Source of the DNA: a bacterium
GTDB lineage: Bacteria > SM23-31
NCBI GenBank assembly: GCA_965249485.1
Contig: OZ252239.1
Span: 64,001 to 128,000 of the forward strand
Direction of reading: 5' to 3'
Length of the DNA stretch: 64,000 nt
Part shown: piece after piece, positions 41,628-52,332 of the stretch
Numbering within the stretch: the first letter of the stretch is position 1
Layout: each line of letters starts with the position of its first letter
The notes under the pieces: model-generated
Seen by the model: only the letters and a program-made list of their open reading frames with translations
Databases searched by the model: none
What the model was told of the DNA's origin: nothing
Made by a program: the position numbers and the translations under genes

Positions 41628-43835
41628 TCAAGCTGATGTGTCTCTTTTGACTTGTATTCTTCGATCATGCAGTACTGGCTCTGTATAACCATTAGGCAAT
41701 TCAAGGCCCTTAAATACAAGCTCCAAAGCCGCCATGAATTCATGAGAGTCCGGATTTGCTGTCATAGGCCGGTATACTCCTTGTGCAATATCAGCAGCAT
41801 TTTGTTCGTCAACTATTGCAGCCATTCTTCCAAAAGTTTCCTTTACCTGGTCTGAATTTACAATACCGTGATGTAACCAATTTGCAATATGTTGACTTGA
41901 AATCCTTAATGTTGCCCGATCCTCCATCAAGCTTGTACCATTTATATCCGGAACCTTAGAGCAGCCAATTCCCTGGTAAACCCATCGTGAAACATAACCC
42001 AAAATTCCCTGGACATTATTTTCAAGTTCTCTCTTTATGTCTTCCGGTGTCAAATCGCCTTCAAGGAGAGGTGGAGTTAATATTTGATCAAGGTTTGGAC
42101 GTGGTTTATTTGTAATATCGTTTTGTATTTTTTTTACATCGACTGAATGATAATGCATAGCATGGATTGTAGCCGCACTCGGAGACGGCACCCAGGCAGT
42201 ATTGGCGCCTGTCTGAGGATGACCAATTTTTTGAATATACATTGCTCCTAAATCATCCGCTCTCACCCACATGCCTTTACCTATTTGACCAACACCGGGA
42301 AATCCGGTTTCCAAACCAATTTGAACATTCCATTTCTCATACGCATCAAGCCATCCGGCTTGTTTTATTTTCTCTTTAGCAAGCATAGCACCTGCGTGCA
42401 TGTTTGTATGGATTTCATCTCCGGTTCTATCCAGGAAACCTGTATTGATAAACACAACTCTATCTTTAGCAGCACGAATACACTCAAACAAATTCACAGT
42501 AGTTCTTCTCTCTTCATCCATAATACCAATTTTTATAGTGTTTCTCTCTAAACCAAAAGCATCTTCATATCGTGCAAATAACTCTACGGTGAAAGAAACC
42601 TCTTCCGGACCGTGTAACTTTGGTTTTACGATGTAAATACTGCCTGTTTTACTGTTACGATATTTTCCATTCTGTTTAAGATCGTGCAAAGCCGCTAATG
42701 TCGTTACCGCTCCATCAAGAAATCCTTCGGGAATTGATTGTCCATCCTCTGTTGTAACAGCGTCTGTATTCATATGAATTCCAACATTTCTCGCCATGAG
42801 CAGGCTTCGACCGGATAATTCAAACGTACCTTCACCAGTTTTAGAAATATATTTCCTATCCGGATTGAGTTTACGGTGTTCTGTTTTTCCCGGTGTTCTT
42901 TCGAAATCAGACACTAAATCTCCTTGTATAAGTCTGAACCAATTTCTATACGCATGTGTCTTATCATCAGCATCAACCACAGAGACAGAATCCTCGAGGT
43001 CCTGAATTGTTGTGACGGCAGATTCAAGTACAATGTCACTTACTCCGGCAGGGTCATAATCTTTTGTTCTCGGATCATTTGGATCAATCTGAATTTCAAT
43101 ATGTAACTCATTATTTTCCAACAGAATGGCGTCCAATTCGCCGTTGGCAGAATTAAGCCCATATCCTGCAAACTTGGACGAATCTTCCAGTTCAGTTTCA
43201 ACACCATCTCCGAATTCTACAACAAGTTGATCATTATTATTGACTTTTTTCAATGTATACTTTACGACATCCGCATGACTTCTTTCTTTTAGTCTAACAG
43301 CGCTATCCAAAAATGACTTGCCAAATTGTATAACTTCTTTTCCACGTTCAGGATTATATGTTCCATCAGAATGGAAAACGGCAGTACCCTCTTGAGGAAT
43401 TATATCATAGCCGTACAATGCATTATATAAACTCCCCCACCTGGCATTCGTTGCATTCGTAGCAAACCTTTCAATTGTAACCGGTACCACTAACTGTGGT
43501 CCCGGGATTCGTGCGATTTCCGGGTCAACATTTTGTGTAGAGACTTTAAAAGGCTGACCTTCATCTACCAGGTACCCAATTTCCCTTAAATCGTCTTGGG
43601 TCATTCGTTGACTTGGATGCTCTTTATACCAGGTATCAATTTTACTTTGCAAAGTATCTCTAATGACTAATAGTTCTCTGTTTCTCGGTTCTAAATCCTC
43701 TACTATTCCTTCCAGAGAAGCCCAAAAGGAATCAGCATCGATACCTGTGCCCGGTGCAATCTCATTTGCAATTAAATTATATAAAGGTTGTGCAACCCTT
43801 AATCCACCAACGTTAACATATTCCATTCTTGCCAC
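41628..43835 (-). CDS. glcB: Malate synthase G
   Basis: GPQLVVPV, NARWGSLY.ALYG, YIVKPK.HGPEEV, GIMDEERRT, FINTGFLDRTGDEIHT, GCSKVPDI, MEDRATLRISSQ. Confidence 0.97.
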   Translation of the reverse strand: MARMEYVNVGGLRVAQPLYNLIANEIAPGTGIDADSFWASLEGIVEDLEPRNRELLVIRDTLQSKIDTWYKEHPSQRMTQDDLREIGYLVDEGQPFKVSTQNVDPEIARIPGPQLVVPVTIERFATNATNARWGSLYNALYGYDIIPQEGTAVFHSDGTYNPERGKEVIQFGKSFLDSAVRLKERSHADVVKYTLKKVNNNDQLVVEFGDGVETELEDSSKFAGYGLNSANGELDAILLENNELHIEIQIDPNDPRTKDYDPAGVSDIVLESAVTTIQDLEDSVSVVDADDKTHAYRNWFRLIQGDLVSDFERTPGKTEHRKLNPDRKYISKTGEGTFELSGRSLLMARNVGIHMNTDAVTTEDGQSIPEGFLDGAVTTLAALHDLKQNGKYRNSKTGSIYIVKPKLHGPEEVSFTVELFARYEDAFGLERNTIKIGIMDEERRTTVNLFECIRAAKDRVVFINTGFLDRTGDEIHTNMHAGAMLAKEKIKQAGWLDAYEKWNVQIGLETGFPGVGQIGKGMWVRADDLGAMYIQKIGHPQTGANTAWVPSPSAATIHAMHYHSVDVKKIQNDITNKPRPNLDQILTPPLLEGDLTPEDIKRELENNVQGILGYVSRWVYQGIGCSKVPDINGTSLMEDRATLRISSQHIANWLHHGIVNSDQVKETFGRMAAIVDEQNAADIAQGVYRPMTANPDSHEFMAALELVFKGLELPNGYTEPVLHDRRIQVKRDTSA

Positions 43836-44185
43836 CCCAACAGTTTTAGAGATTGATAAGGCAAACGTTATTTAAATTTTTTCTTGAAAGTGTACAAGTT
43901 AGATTCTCGATCAGTGACGAATTCTCAATGCTTGAAGATTGTGATTAACTTCAATAATCATAAAAAATAGGAGTTAGTAACGTTGAATAGTATTAAATTA
44001 TCCGAAAGAGTTTGACACAGAAAATTGAGAATTCTACCGGCAAGTTAACATATAATCCTGTTACTTGCAAAAAAAATAGCATGCACTGTACGTGTGTGCG
44101 AGCTTCGTCATCTGAGCTCAACGTCTACATATCGTGTATTATGTGCCCAATGTCGGTAGAAATGGCACGTTTCTAGATGATGACG

Positions 44186-44231
44186 GGTGGCTGTTAACCA
44201 CCAGGTTGTAGATTCGAGTCTTACCTGAGTA
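44186..44231 (+). pseudogene. tRNA-Asn(GTT) 3'-half remnant
   Basis: ggtgg-CTGTTAA-ccacc perfect anticodon arm; aggtt; gtaga-TTCGAGT-cttac T arm; ctgag; no intact 5' half or CCA. Confidence 0.8.
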
Positions 44232-44250
44232 CAATCTTCGATTGAATAAT

Positions 44251-44287
44251 AAAAAAGCCCTGAAGAGAAAACTTCAAGGCTTTTTTT
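44251..44287. terminator. Intrinsic terminator, likely bidirectional
   Basis: aaaaaagccctgaag-agaaaa-cttcaaggcttttttt, just beyond the stop of 44305..45774. Confidence 0.8.
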
Positions 44288-44304
44288 AGTTTTACTCGCA
44301 CATA

Positions 44305-45774
44305 TTAAACTGCGCGCATACAGTTTAACAATTCCTTGACTTCAACAGTTGCTATACCGGAATTGATATCAGACATAGCGTAGGGTATGATCAACTTGTT
44401 ATTATGAATTAACGCACCGCAGGAATAAACAACATTGGGAACATATCCCTCCCGCTCATTCTCATGCGGGGCAAGTAATGACTCATCCAGGCGGGCGATG
44501 ACTTTTGAAGGCATTTCAAGATCAAGGAGCATGGCGCCGATGCAATATTGACGCATGGGCCCGACACCATGGGTGAGCACGATCCAGCCTTTATCGGTCT
44601 CCAATGGAGAACCGCAATTACCAACCTGGATGAATTCCCAAGGAAATTCAGGCTCCTGGATGATTTCGGACTTCTGCCAGAAATGGATATTGTCTGAAAA
44701 CATAATATGATTATTTTCACCGTCCTGACGCGAGAGCATGGCATAGCGACCGTCAATTTTCCGCGGAAAAAGCGCCATGCCCTTGTTTTGCACAGCCTTA
44801 CCGTTGAGTGTCATAACTCTAAATCTGATAAAATCCTTTGTTTTAATCAGCTGAGGGAGAAAATTAACGCCGTTATAGGCTGTATAGGTAGCATAATAGG
44901 TAATCTCACCGTTGTCATCATAAAATTGAACGAAACGGGCATCTTCAATACCGCCGCTTTCGTTTTTCGAAACAGGAAATATTACCCGTTCGGATATGCG
45001 GTGATCGGAATTGAAACTCACCTCATAATTGGAATCTGCAAGCCAGTTCATGATCTCGAAGGTCCTGTTTTGGATTGTTTCATAAAATTGCGGTTCTGCG
45101 CGAAGTATTCCAATTTTTTTTATTAGTTCATTATAAGTAAATTCTTCTGGTATCTGGTTAAGAACATAAGCAGTTATTTCATTGGCGGCCTCCATTTCGT
45201 TGAGCTTCAGCTGGAAAAGGTGCCGGTTGTAAACCCGATTTAAAAGAACATCCGGCGTTTCCACAAAATCACTGATTGGATCAAAAAGGAACTTATTGTG
45301 CTGGTCAAGGACCCCGCTGCGAAATACAATAGACGAAACATGGCCTTCACCGGTAGCACGTAGGCTCATGACAAAGCGCAAGCTGCCTTTGTTCAGATGG
45401 CTTTGATCAGGATGGAGGACGATGGCAGGATTGAATAGGGCGGCTGATTCAATGGCGTACTCTTTTGTAAAATAAGCTCCGATGAGAGCCCTTTGAACTT
45501 TGCTGAGCATTGTATCCTGGGGAAGATAACCTTTCACCTCATTGAGATGCCGCTCAAAAATGTGTCCGATGTCTTCGTGTCGTCGGGAAAAATCAAGCAT
45601 TATTTGAGTAAATAAATTTTTAGCCGCTGTTTCAGACAAGCTCATTATTCGCTGAATTATTTTAGATATGCGATACCCGTCATCGGGAAGATGCAGATTG
45701 GTGATTACCCGTGATGTATCCCCTACAATCTTAGTTGCTTTTCTTCGAACTTTCAGCCTTTGATGATTTAGCAT
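44305..45774 (-). CDS. GH130-family glycosidase/phosphorylase with N-terminal extension
   Basis: EYAIESAALFNP, SLRATGEGH.SSI, GIEDARF, NKGMALFPR, EREGYVPNVVYSCG. Confidence 0.9.
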   Translation of the reverse strand: MLNHQRLKVRRKATKIVGDTSRVITNLHLPDDGYRISKIIQRIMSLSETAAKNLFTQIMLDFSRRHEDIGHIFERHLNEVKGYLPQDTMLSKVQRALIGAYFTKEYAIESAALFNPAIVLHPDQSHLNKGSLRFVMSLRATGEGHVSSIVFRSGVLDQHNKFLFDPISDFVETPDVLLNRVYNRHLFQLKLNEMEAANEITAYVLNQIPEEFTYNELIKKIGILRAEPQFYETIQNRTFEIMNWLADSNYEVSFNSDHRISERVIFPVSKNESGGIEDARFVQFYDDNGEITYYATYTAYNGVNFLPQLIKTKDFIRFRVMTLNGKAVQNKGMALFPRKIDGRYAMLSRQDGENNHIMFSDNIHFWQKSEIIQEPEFPWEFIQVGNCGSPLETDKGWIVLTHGVGPMRQYCIGAMLLDLEMPSKVIARLDESLLAPHENEREGYVPNVVYSCGALIHNNKLIIPYAMSDINSGIATVEVKELLNCMRAV

Positions 45775-45933
45775 ATCATTGTATCCTTAATGTTGATTGA
45801 AATTTAATACTCTGCATCGAAAGTCTGTTCATCAGGACAGATGTTCCATTCCAACCTATCCTCAAATGCGTATTTCGATCAGTTCATAAAACAAAGATTT
45901 GATTACTCGGTCTGCTTTCTGCCATAGGATAAT

Positions 45934-46875
45934 CTACATTGGTGGACGGGAAACCGAAAGACAAATCGATACCAGATCATCGATCACAGCCGTACCGGCG
46001 CACATGACCGTATCTGCGCCGCCCCAATATATTTTTACCGTACCGTCATCTTCAGGAACAGCGCCGCAGGTAAAGACAACATTAGGGACATAACCACTCA
46101 CTTCCCAAGGATCCTCAGGCTGCAATATCCACTGATCGGAAACGCCGATAACGTTGGCCGGATCATTAAGGTCATGCAAGGCCGCGCCGAGTCGATACAC
46201 TGTTCCGGACATCGTCTTAAAAACGCCATGGTAAATTTGAAGCCAGCCTTTGTCGGTTTTGAAGGGCGGTGCGCCAGGCCCAATTTTCATTTCATCCCAG
46301 TGATAGGCCACCGGCTTCATAATCACCCGTGAATCGCCCCAGTGCACGAGATCCGGGGAATAGGAAATCCAGATAGACCATGGTGAAATTTCGGAATGTG
46401 GTCGGTCCAGGCGTACATACCGACCACCGAACTTCACGGGGAAAATGACAACGTTACGAAGGTCGGCCTGGGTTATAAGCGCAATGCGCTCAACTTTTTC
46501 AAAATCCCTGGTGCGTGCAAGGGCAATCCGAACACCGTGACGGGAATACGCGCTATAGGTAAGCAGGTATTCGCCTTCTAAAGGGCAGATTCTAAGGTCT
46601 TCGACTCCAAACTCTTCGTATTCGGCAAAAACATTGTCCGTTGAAGGTGTTAGAAATGGTTTGGGATGAACCGTAAATGAAGAACCGTCCTCGCTGTCTG
46701 CCCTGCCAATGATGGAACGCCCGTTGAGCAGATGCGATCTGAAAAGCATAATGTAACGATCGTCATGTTTGACAATACCTGCATTATGAACCGTAGCTAC
46801 TGGATACGGCACATCCTTTTTTGTCAATATGGGATTTTTTTCAAAACGTGTTATTATTGGATTATGAGTTTTCAT
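45934..46875 (-). CDS. GH130 family glycosidase/mannoside phosphorylase
   Basis: NPIL, FGVED.RI, LDRP, KIGPGAPP, GYVPNVVFTCG. Confidence 0.9.
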   Translation of the reverse strand: MKTHNPIITRFEKNPILTKKDVPYPVATVHNAGIVKHDDRYIMLFRSHLLNGRSIIGRADSEDGSSFTVHPKPFLTPSTDNVFAEYEEFGVEDLRICPLEGEYLLTYSAYSRHGVRIALARTRDFEKVERIALITQADLRNVVIFPVKFGGRYVRLDRPHSEISPWSIWISYSPDLVHWGDSRVIMKPVAYHWDEMKIGPGAPPFKTDKGWLQIYHGVFKTMSGTVYRLGAALHDLNDPANVIGVSDQWILQPEDPWEVSGYVPNVVFTCGAVPEDDGTVKIYWGGADTVMCAGTAVIDDLVSICLSVSRPPM

Positions 46876-46953
46876 AGTGGTTGTCCTATAAATTCATTTT
46901 AAAATCTTAGGCCACCGGTATCGGCAATATGTTTCAGATTTTTTGATATCGTT

Positions 46954-47973
46954 CTACAGTCTTTTAGAGTCCAGAATCATTTTATAGACTTGTATGTATT
47001 CATTGATCATACGGTCGACTGTGAAATGCCGTTCAACATGGTGACGACAGTATGCACGGTCAATCTCTTTAATACGTGCAACAGACTTAGTGGCCTCATC
47101 CACGTTGTTGACCAAAAAACCACATTTGCCGTTTTCGATAAGTTCAGACATGCTGCCCCTATCAAAGGCGATTACAGGCGTACCGCAGGTCATGGATTCG
47201 ATAACGGACAGACCGAAAGGCTCATTGAAATTTATGGGGTGCAGAAGTGCGCTTGCCCTGCCAAGCATTCGGTTGCGCTCAACTGGTCCGACGCTGCCGG
47301 CATAAATCACCTTGTCATTGTCTATGTGAGAAGCGACATATTGATCGTAGTAGGCTTGGTCTTGGATTATGCCCGCCACTATCAGCTTTTTATTGCAGGC
47401 CCTGGCGATTTCAATAGCTTCTCGGGCCCCCTTGTCATGGTGAATGCGACCAAAAAAGAGTAGGTAATCGTCCGGTTCTGGCTGGAACTCAAACTGTTTT
47501 ATATCAATGCCGTGATGAATGGTTTTGATATAATCTAGATCCGGGGACCGGTCGGCATCGCTGATGGAAACATAGAACGCTTTTCCGTTGTATTTTTTGT
47601 AAACCGGCAGAATCCCGGGCGAAGAAAAACCGTGAATAGTGGTAACGACCGGGGGGGCGATAAAGCCGGTATAGGTCAAGGGTAAAAAGTCAAAATTGTT
47701 ATGAATAATATCAAAACCTTCAGCATGCTCAAAAAGTTCTGAAATGTGCAGGCATTCCCAAACTTTTGGTATCATAGAGCTATCTTCTTCATAGCCCCGC
47801 GGGCAAATCGCATGTAGTGTGCCGCTGGTTTGCGAATCCGCGGTTGCAAACAAGGTTACATCATGACCGCACGATACCAGCCCCTCGGTTAAAAGGGAGG
47901 CCACGTTTTCCCATGGCCCATAATGTCGCGGCGGTGTGCGCCAGGCAATGGGCGAGAGCATGGCAATGTTCAT
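46954..47973 (-). CDS. Glycosyltransferase family 4
   Basis: PP..YGPWE, FFGRI..DKG, EPFGLSVIE. Confidence 0.92.
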   Translation of the reverse strand: MNIAMLSPIAWRTPPRHYGPWENVASLLTEGLVSCGHDVTLFATADSQTSGTLHAICPRGYEEDSSMIPKVWECLHISELFEHAEGFDIIHNNFDFLPLTYTGFIAPPVVTTIHGFSSPGILPVYKKYNGKAFYVSISDADRSPDLDYIKTIHHGIDIKQFEFQPEPDDYLLFFGRIHHDKGAREAIEIARACNKKLIVAGIIQDQAYYDQYVASHIDNDKVIYAGSVGPVERNRMLGRASALLHPINFNEPFGLSVIESMTCGTPVIAFDRGSMSELIENGKCGFLVNNVDEATKSVARIKEIDRAYCRHHVERHFTVDRMINEYIQVYKMILDSKRL

Positions 47974-47981
47974 GAATGATC

Positions 47982-50294
47982 CTATTGTAAATTGGTTTTC
48001 GATGACGACGGCTGGTTTAAAATCTCTTCGGTATAAAGCTTTTGCAATGTCATCAACGAAATCAGCCAGGTAAGGGATGACTCGGCACCTTCATTCTGGT
48101 TAATTCCATCAGCCATCAGCCCGTCTCTACAACCGCCGGTCTTGGGATCATAGAGCGGCATATTCAGGTCATTGTGTCCGAGAAACCAGTTAAAGCACAT
48201 GACAGCATTCTCAAACCATGTTTGGTCCCGGGTAACTTTAAAGGCTTCAACACAGGCCTCAATCATGGCATTAGCCTCGATGGGCTGCTGATCGAAACGG
48301 GCCTTGGGGCCGCCTTGTTTATACCATCCCTGATTGCCAATAGGCACAAAGTGGCCTTTTTCAGTCTGGATAGTGAGCAGCCACTTGAGAGATCTGAGTC
48401 CCATATCGATCATATCGCTACGTTGTATCCATTGGCCGGATAGGATCAGGGCATGAGGCATCTTGCCGTTCGCATAATTCAAACTGTTTTCAAGCCAGGG
48501 CCAGCTTTTCGTTGCATTGTTCTTGAACTGATTGAAAAGCCTGTCGGCAAGAACTTCCCGGATCCTGCGCACATCACTGTCACCAGCAAATTTAAACAGA
48601 TAGCCATGAATTCCAACTAGGGTAAAAGCGATGGCGCGGGGCGATTTAAAGTGCTCGGCAGCATTCAGTGCCTGGTTGAAGAGGGTTGTGCTCATTGCAA
48701 GATGACCGGGATCGTCAAGAAAAGTCACTGCTGTACCAAGGCACCAGAGTGCTCTGCCATGCGCATCCTCGGACCCGACCTCCTCCATCCACTTCCGCGA
48801 ATAAGTCATAAAATTGCGAAAGCGCCCATTTTTTTCATTATAAGCATACAGAAGAAATCCGAGATAATGACCGCTGAAAAAATCAAGTCCAAATCCGTTT
48901 GTTGGCAGTTGTTTTTGACCCATAGCGGCAACCAGTAGCGCTCTTGCATTATCATCTGTGCAGTAGCCGTGAGTGCGATTGGGAATGGTATAGTTGGCAT
49001 GTTGCAAGATGCCGGTATCATCAGTAAAGGCTTTCAGGTGATCGAGTTTGATCTCCGGGAGCTCGAAATTCGTGATAGCTTTGATGTTTTCAATATAATA
49101 GTGTCGGGGACGGGGATTCCGGGTCCTGTTCAGCTGAACCTCTCTGAAAACCTGGAGATATTTTCGGGATACTTCCTTCCAAACTGCGTCGCGGCTGAAC
49201 ATATAGGCTTTTTTACGCATGGCGTGCCGATCAACATCGTTGTCAAGAAGGTCGATGATTTGTTCCGCCATGGTTTCCGGATTGTTGAAGGGCACAATCC
49301 GGCCCCGGTCTTCGGTAAGCATCTCGGTGGCATACCAGTACGGGGTTGAAATGACGGCTTTACCTGTGCCCAAGGCATAGGCGAGGGTCCCGGAGGTAAT
49401 CTGGGCTTCTTCAAGATAAGGAGTTACGTAGATATCGGCGATGCCGAGATACTCACATAACTCTTTTAGTTCAACAAATCGATTTTGAAAAATGACTTGC
49501 TCGCCGATATCGAGTTTGTGCACGAGCTGCTGCAGCATGATACGGTATACATCCCCATGTAAATTCAAAATATGCGGATGTGTTGCACCCAGAATAATAT
49601 AGACCACATCAGGGTGTTTTTTAATGACCTTCGGAAGCGCTTGCAATACATTTTCAATGCCCTTATTTGGGGAAAGCAAGCCGAATGTGAGCAGAACCTT
49701 TTTTCCTTCTACGCCGAACTTGTCTTTGTTGAAGCTTGGATCAATAAAAGGCGTATCCGGAATGCCGTGATGGATAAAGACAATTTTATCCTCGGGCACG
49801 GCGTAGATATCTTTGAGGAAATCACATGCCTTACTGCTCATCACGACCAGTTTGTCAGACAAATCGGAAAGCTTGCACATGACTTCACGATACTCCGGCG
49901 CAGGGTTCTCCAAAACCGTATGTAACGTAGTCACCACCGGCATACGCAGATCACTCAATAGTTTCAGCAGATGGCTGCCGGCCGGACCGCCGAAAAGACC
50001 GTATTCATGCTGCACGCAGACAATATCTGTTTGGCTGATATTGAGAAATTGAGATGCGACACTGTAATCGGTCAACTTGTTCTGGTTGATCTCAAATCGC
50101 ACATTCTCTGGATATGGATAACCGTCAGGTTTGTCATTCATGGCCGCCACCCAGCAGTTAATATCGGGGGCTTCAGCTGATATTCCTTCAACCAGATCTG
50201 TGGTGAAGGTTGCGATACCGCACTGGCGGGGCAGATAGTTACCGATTACGGCAACCGATTTGATTCCCTCATAATACTTAATAACAGATGTCAT
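47982..50294 (-). CDS. GT4 glycosyltransferase fused to a C-terminal hydrolase-like domain
   Basis: PRQCGIATFT, QHEYG.FGG, QITSGTLAYA; TDDTGILQHA, GYCTDDNARAL, FDQQPIE, NQNEGAES. Confidence 0.9.
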   Translation of the reverse strand: MTSVIKYYEGIKSVAVIGNYLPRQCGIATFTTDLVEGISAEAPDINCWVAAMNDKPDGYPYPENVRFEINQNKLTDYSVASQFLNISQTDIVCVQHEYGLFGGPAGSHLLKLLSDLRMPVVTTLHTVLENPAPEYREVMCKLSDLSDKLVVMSSKACDFLKDIYAVPEDKIVFIHHGIPDTPFIDPSFNKDKFGVEGKKVLLTFGLLSPNKGIENVLQALPKVIKKHPDVVYIILGATHPHILNLHGDVYRIMLQQLVHKLDIGEQVIFQNRFVELKELCEYLGIADIYVTPYLEEAQITSGTLAYALGTGKAVISTPYWYATEMLTEDRGRIVPFNNPETMAEQIIDLLDNDVDRHAMRKKAYMFSRDAVWKEVSRKYLQVFREVQLNRTRNPRPRHYYIENIKAITNFELPEIKLDHLKAFTDDTGILQHANYTIPNRTHGYCTDDNARALLVAAMGQKQLPTNGFGLDFFSGHYLGFLLYAYNEKNGRFRNFMTYSRKWMEEVGSEDAHGRALWCLGTAVTFLDDPGHLAMSTTLFNQALNAAEHFKSPRAIAFTLVGIHGYLFKFAGDSDVRRIREVLADRLFNQFKNNATKSWPWLENSLNYANGKMPHALILSGQWIQRSDMIDMGLRSLKWLLTIQTEKGHFVPIGNQGWYKQGGPKARFDQQPIEANAMIEACVEAFKVTRDQTWFENAVMCFNWFLGHNDLNMPLYDPKTGGCRDGLMADGINQNEGAESSLTWLISLMTLQKLYTEEILNQPSSSKTNLQ

Positions 50295-50963
50295 AACCGC
50301 TACCTTTTCACTTCTGATTCTTAACCAATGCAGTATAGTTGATATACCCTATATCAACTCTCCGATCTCTGAAATAGATTTGCATGGTTTCTTAACTTAT
50401 TATGCCAATTTAACATATGAACCTTCCAATTCAAACAAGAAACCTCTCTTTGGGAAAGTGACATACTCGCAGGCTTCGTCTCCTGAGCACGAATTCGACA
50501 TGTCGTGTATCTTATATCCAGTTCGGAAGGAGCAGGTATAACCGCTATAGATATAAAGACGGCGGTAATTATGAGTGAAACATGGATACAGAATCCATGT
50601 TTCACTTTTTTTGATAATCAAAAATTTGAATAACCGATAAGAACCCTAAATTGCTATATAATTTCCAATTATATCTTTACATCCGGAAAGAACAGAAATT
50701 GCATTCGAATAGTAAATGTTGTTATTTCCATTTGTAATCACCGTTTATCTATTTCCGTTTTGTATTCAGGTTTTTCCAATTTTATGAGGGAGTGTTGGGG
50801 TATGTATATATATCGAACGTTTGCAATTGACTGGGTCATATGTTAACTTGATATCATAATTAAAAAATCCATATTAATCTCTTTTCCAAATATTTCTATG
50901 CGGAATACCGGTTAATAAAGCATTTAACACTGTTGAACATCCCACAAATAACAAGGATTTTAA

Positions 50964-52286
50964 ATGACAAAAACAAAACTGTATTTGATTGTTTTATTAA
51001 TAACCTCCTCATTTGCCGGAAACATTTCATTTGCTCAGGATATCAGAATCGGTAATGTTCAAGATATAAAAAATGTATTACCTGAGAAAATTCGATGGGA
51101 GTTAACAAGAAAATGGGCACAATGGAGAATTGAAAACCTTCTGCCGGGGATGATGACCCGAGCAGGTATCGATATGTGGATAATCATTGACCGTGAGAAC
51201 AATGTTGATCCTGTATCGGCTTCAATTCTCGGTGAACGAACGAACATGTTCGGCGTAGGGTTTATGGCAATTGCAAATAAAGGTAATCGGGTTGAATTAT
51301 TAGATGCAGGTTTTCGTAATATTTTGAGGATTGTTGAGCAGAACGATCCTCAGACAATTGGTATAAATACATCTGAAATCTGGAATAGCGGTGATGGATT
51401 ATCTGCTGCGATGAATACAAGACTGGAAAATGCGCTTGGTCAGTATGCATCACGGTTGGTATCCGCGCAAGACCTCAGCAATGAATGGTTGGAGACAAAA
51501 AGCCCTCAGGAATTAAGTGCGTACCGTTATATCGGTGGAATCGGCCACGATATTATAGCCCAAGCATTCTCTAATAAAATGATTATCCCCAATGTGACTA
51601 CCACAAACGATGTTACCTGGTGGATCCGGCAGAAAATCAGAGACATCGGTGTTGATAATTCCTTCTTTCCCACGGTAGTGCTACAAAGAAGTATTAAAGA
51701 ACGTGAGAAATATGACGATCCTGACGACGATTTTCGGATTGATGTTGCGCCACGTAGATTGATTAATACCGTAATAAGGCGGGGAGATGTAATCAGCGCA
51801 GACTGGGGAATAGAATATCTTGGACTTGTGAGTGATATGCAAGCTGTTGCCTATGTATTAAAAAATCATGAAAATGACGTCCCGGAAGGGCTCAAAGATG
51901 CACTGCGAAAAGCAAACCGGTTGCAGGAAATATTTTTGGGTGAATTCAAGGAAGGTCTGACTGGAAACGAGGTCTGGTTAAACGCTATACGTAAAACTCA
52001 AGCTGAGGGATTAAGGTCGAATATATATACTCATCCTATCGGATTTCACGGTCACAGCGGCGGCCCTTCATTAGGCTCGGGTGGCACACCGTTTGAACCC
52101 CTTGTAAGAGGTGACTATCCAATGCATTTTAATACAGTTTATTCGATAGAGTTGGATAATTCTTATTCCGTACCGGAGTGGGATGGTCAGGATGTCATCA
52201 TTATATTAGAGGACGAAGCTGCTTTTACTGAAGATGGCGCTTACTTCGTTGACGGACACCAGACAGAATGGTACGTAATAAAATAG
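50964..52286 (+). CDS. Secreted M24 family metallopeptidase (canonical ligand set)
   Basis: ADWG, SDMQ, YTHPIGFHGH, SIEL, LEDE match the D,D,H,E,E pita-bread ligands. Confidence 0.88.
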   Translation: MTKTKLYLIVLLITSSFAGNISFAQDIRIGNVQDIKNVLPEKIRWELTRKWAQWRIENLLPGMMTRAGIDMWIIIDRENNVDPVSASILGERTNMFGVGFMAIANKGNRVELLDAGFRNILRIVEQNDPQTIGINTSEIWNSGDGLSAAMNTRLENALGQYASRLVSAQDLSNEWLETKSPQELSAYRYIGGIGHDIIAQAFSNKMIIPNVTTTNDVTWWIRQKIRDIGVDNSFFPTVVLQRSIKEREKYDDPDDDFRIDVAPRRLINTVIRRGDVISADWGIEYLGLVSDMQAVAYVLKNHENDVPEGLKDALRKANRLQEIFLGEFKEGLTGNEVWLNAIRKTQAEGLRSNIYTHPIGFHGHSGGPSLGSGGTPFEPLVRGDYPMHFNTVYSIELDNSYSVPEWDGQDVIIILEDEAAFTEDGAYFVDGHQTEWYVIK

Positions 52287-52304
52287 TAGTTTAACTGTTC
52301 CAAT

Positions 52305-52332
52305 TCCTCAGGTTGTACGAATAGCGAACCTT
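52305..52332 (+). repeat. Cassette-boundary repeat between convergent genes
   Basis: ttcctcaggttgtacgaatagcgaacctt; its end overlaps the TAA stop at 52331-52333. Confidence 0.8.

Noticed and set aside
50354..50621. Small ORFs upstream of the GT4 operon
   Set aside because: Two overlapping short frames with no motif or clear RBS; likely non-coding.
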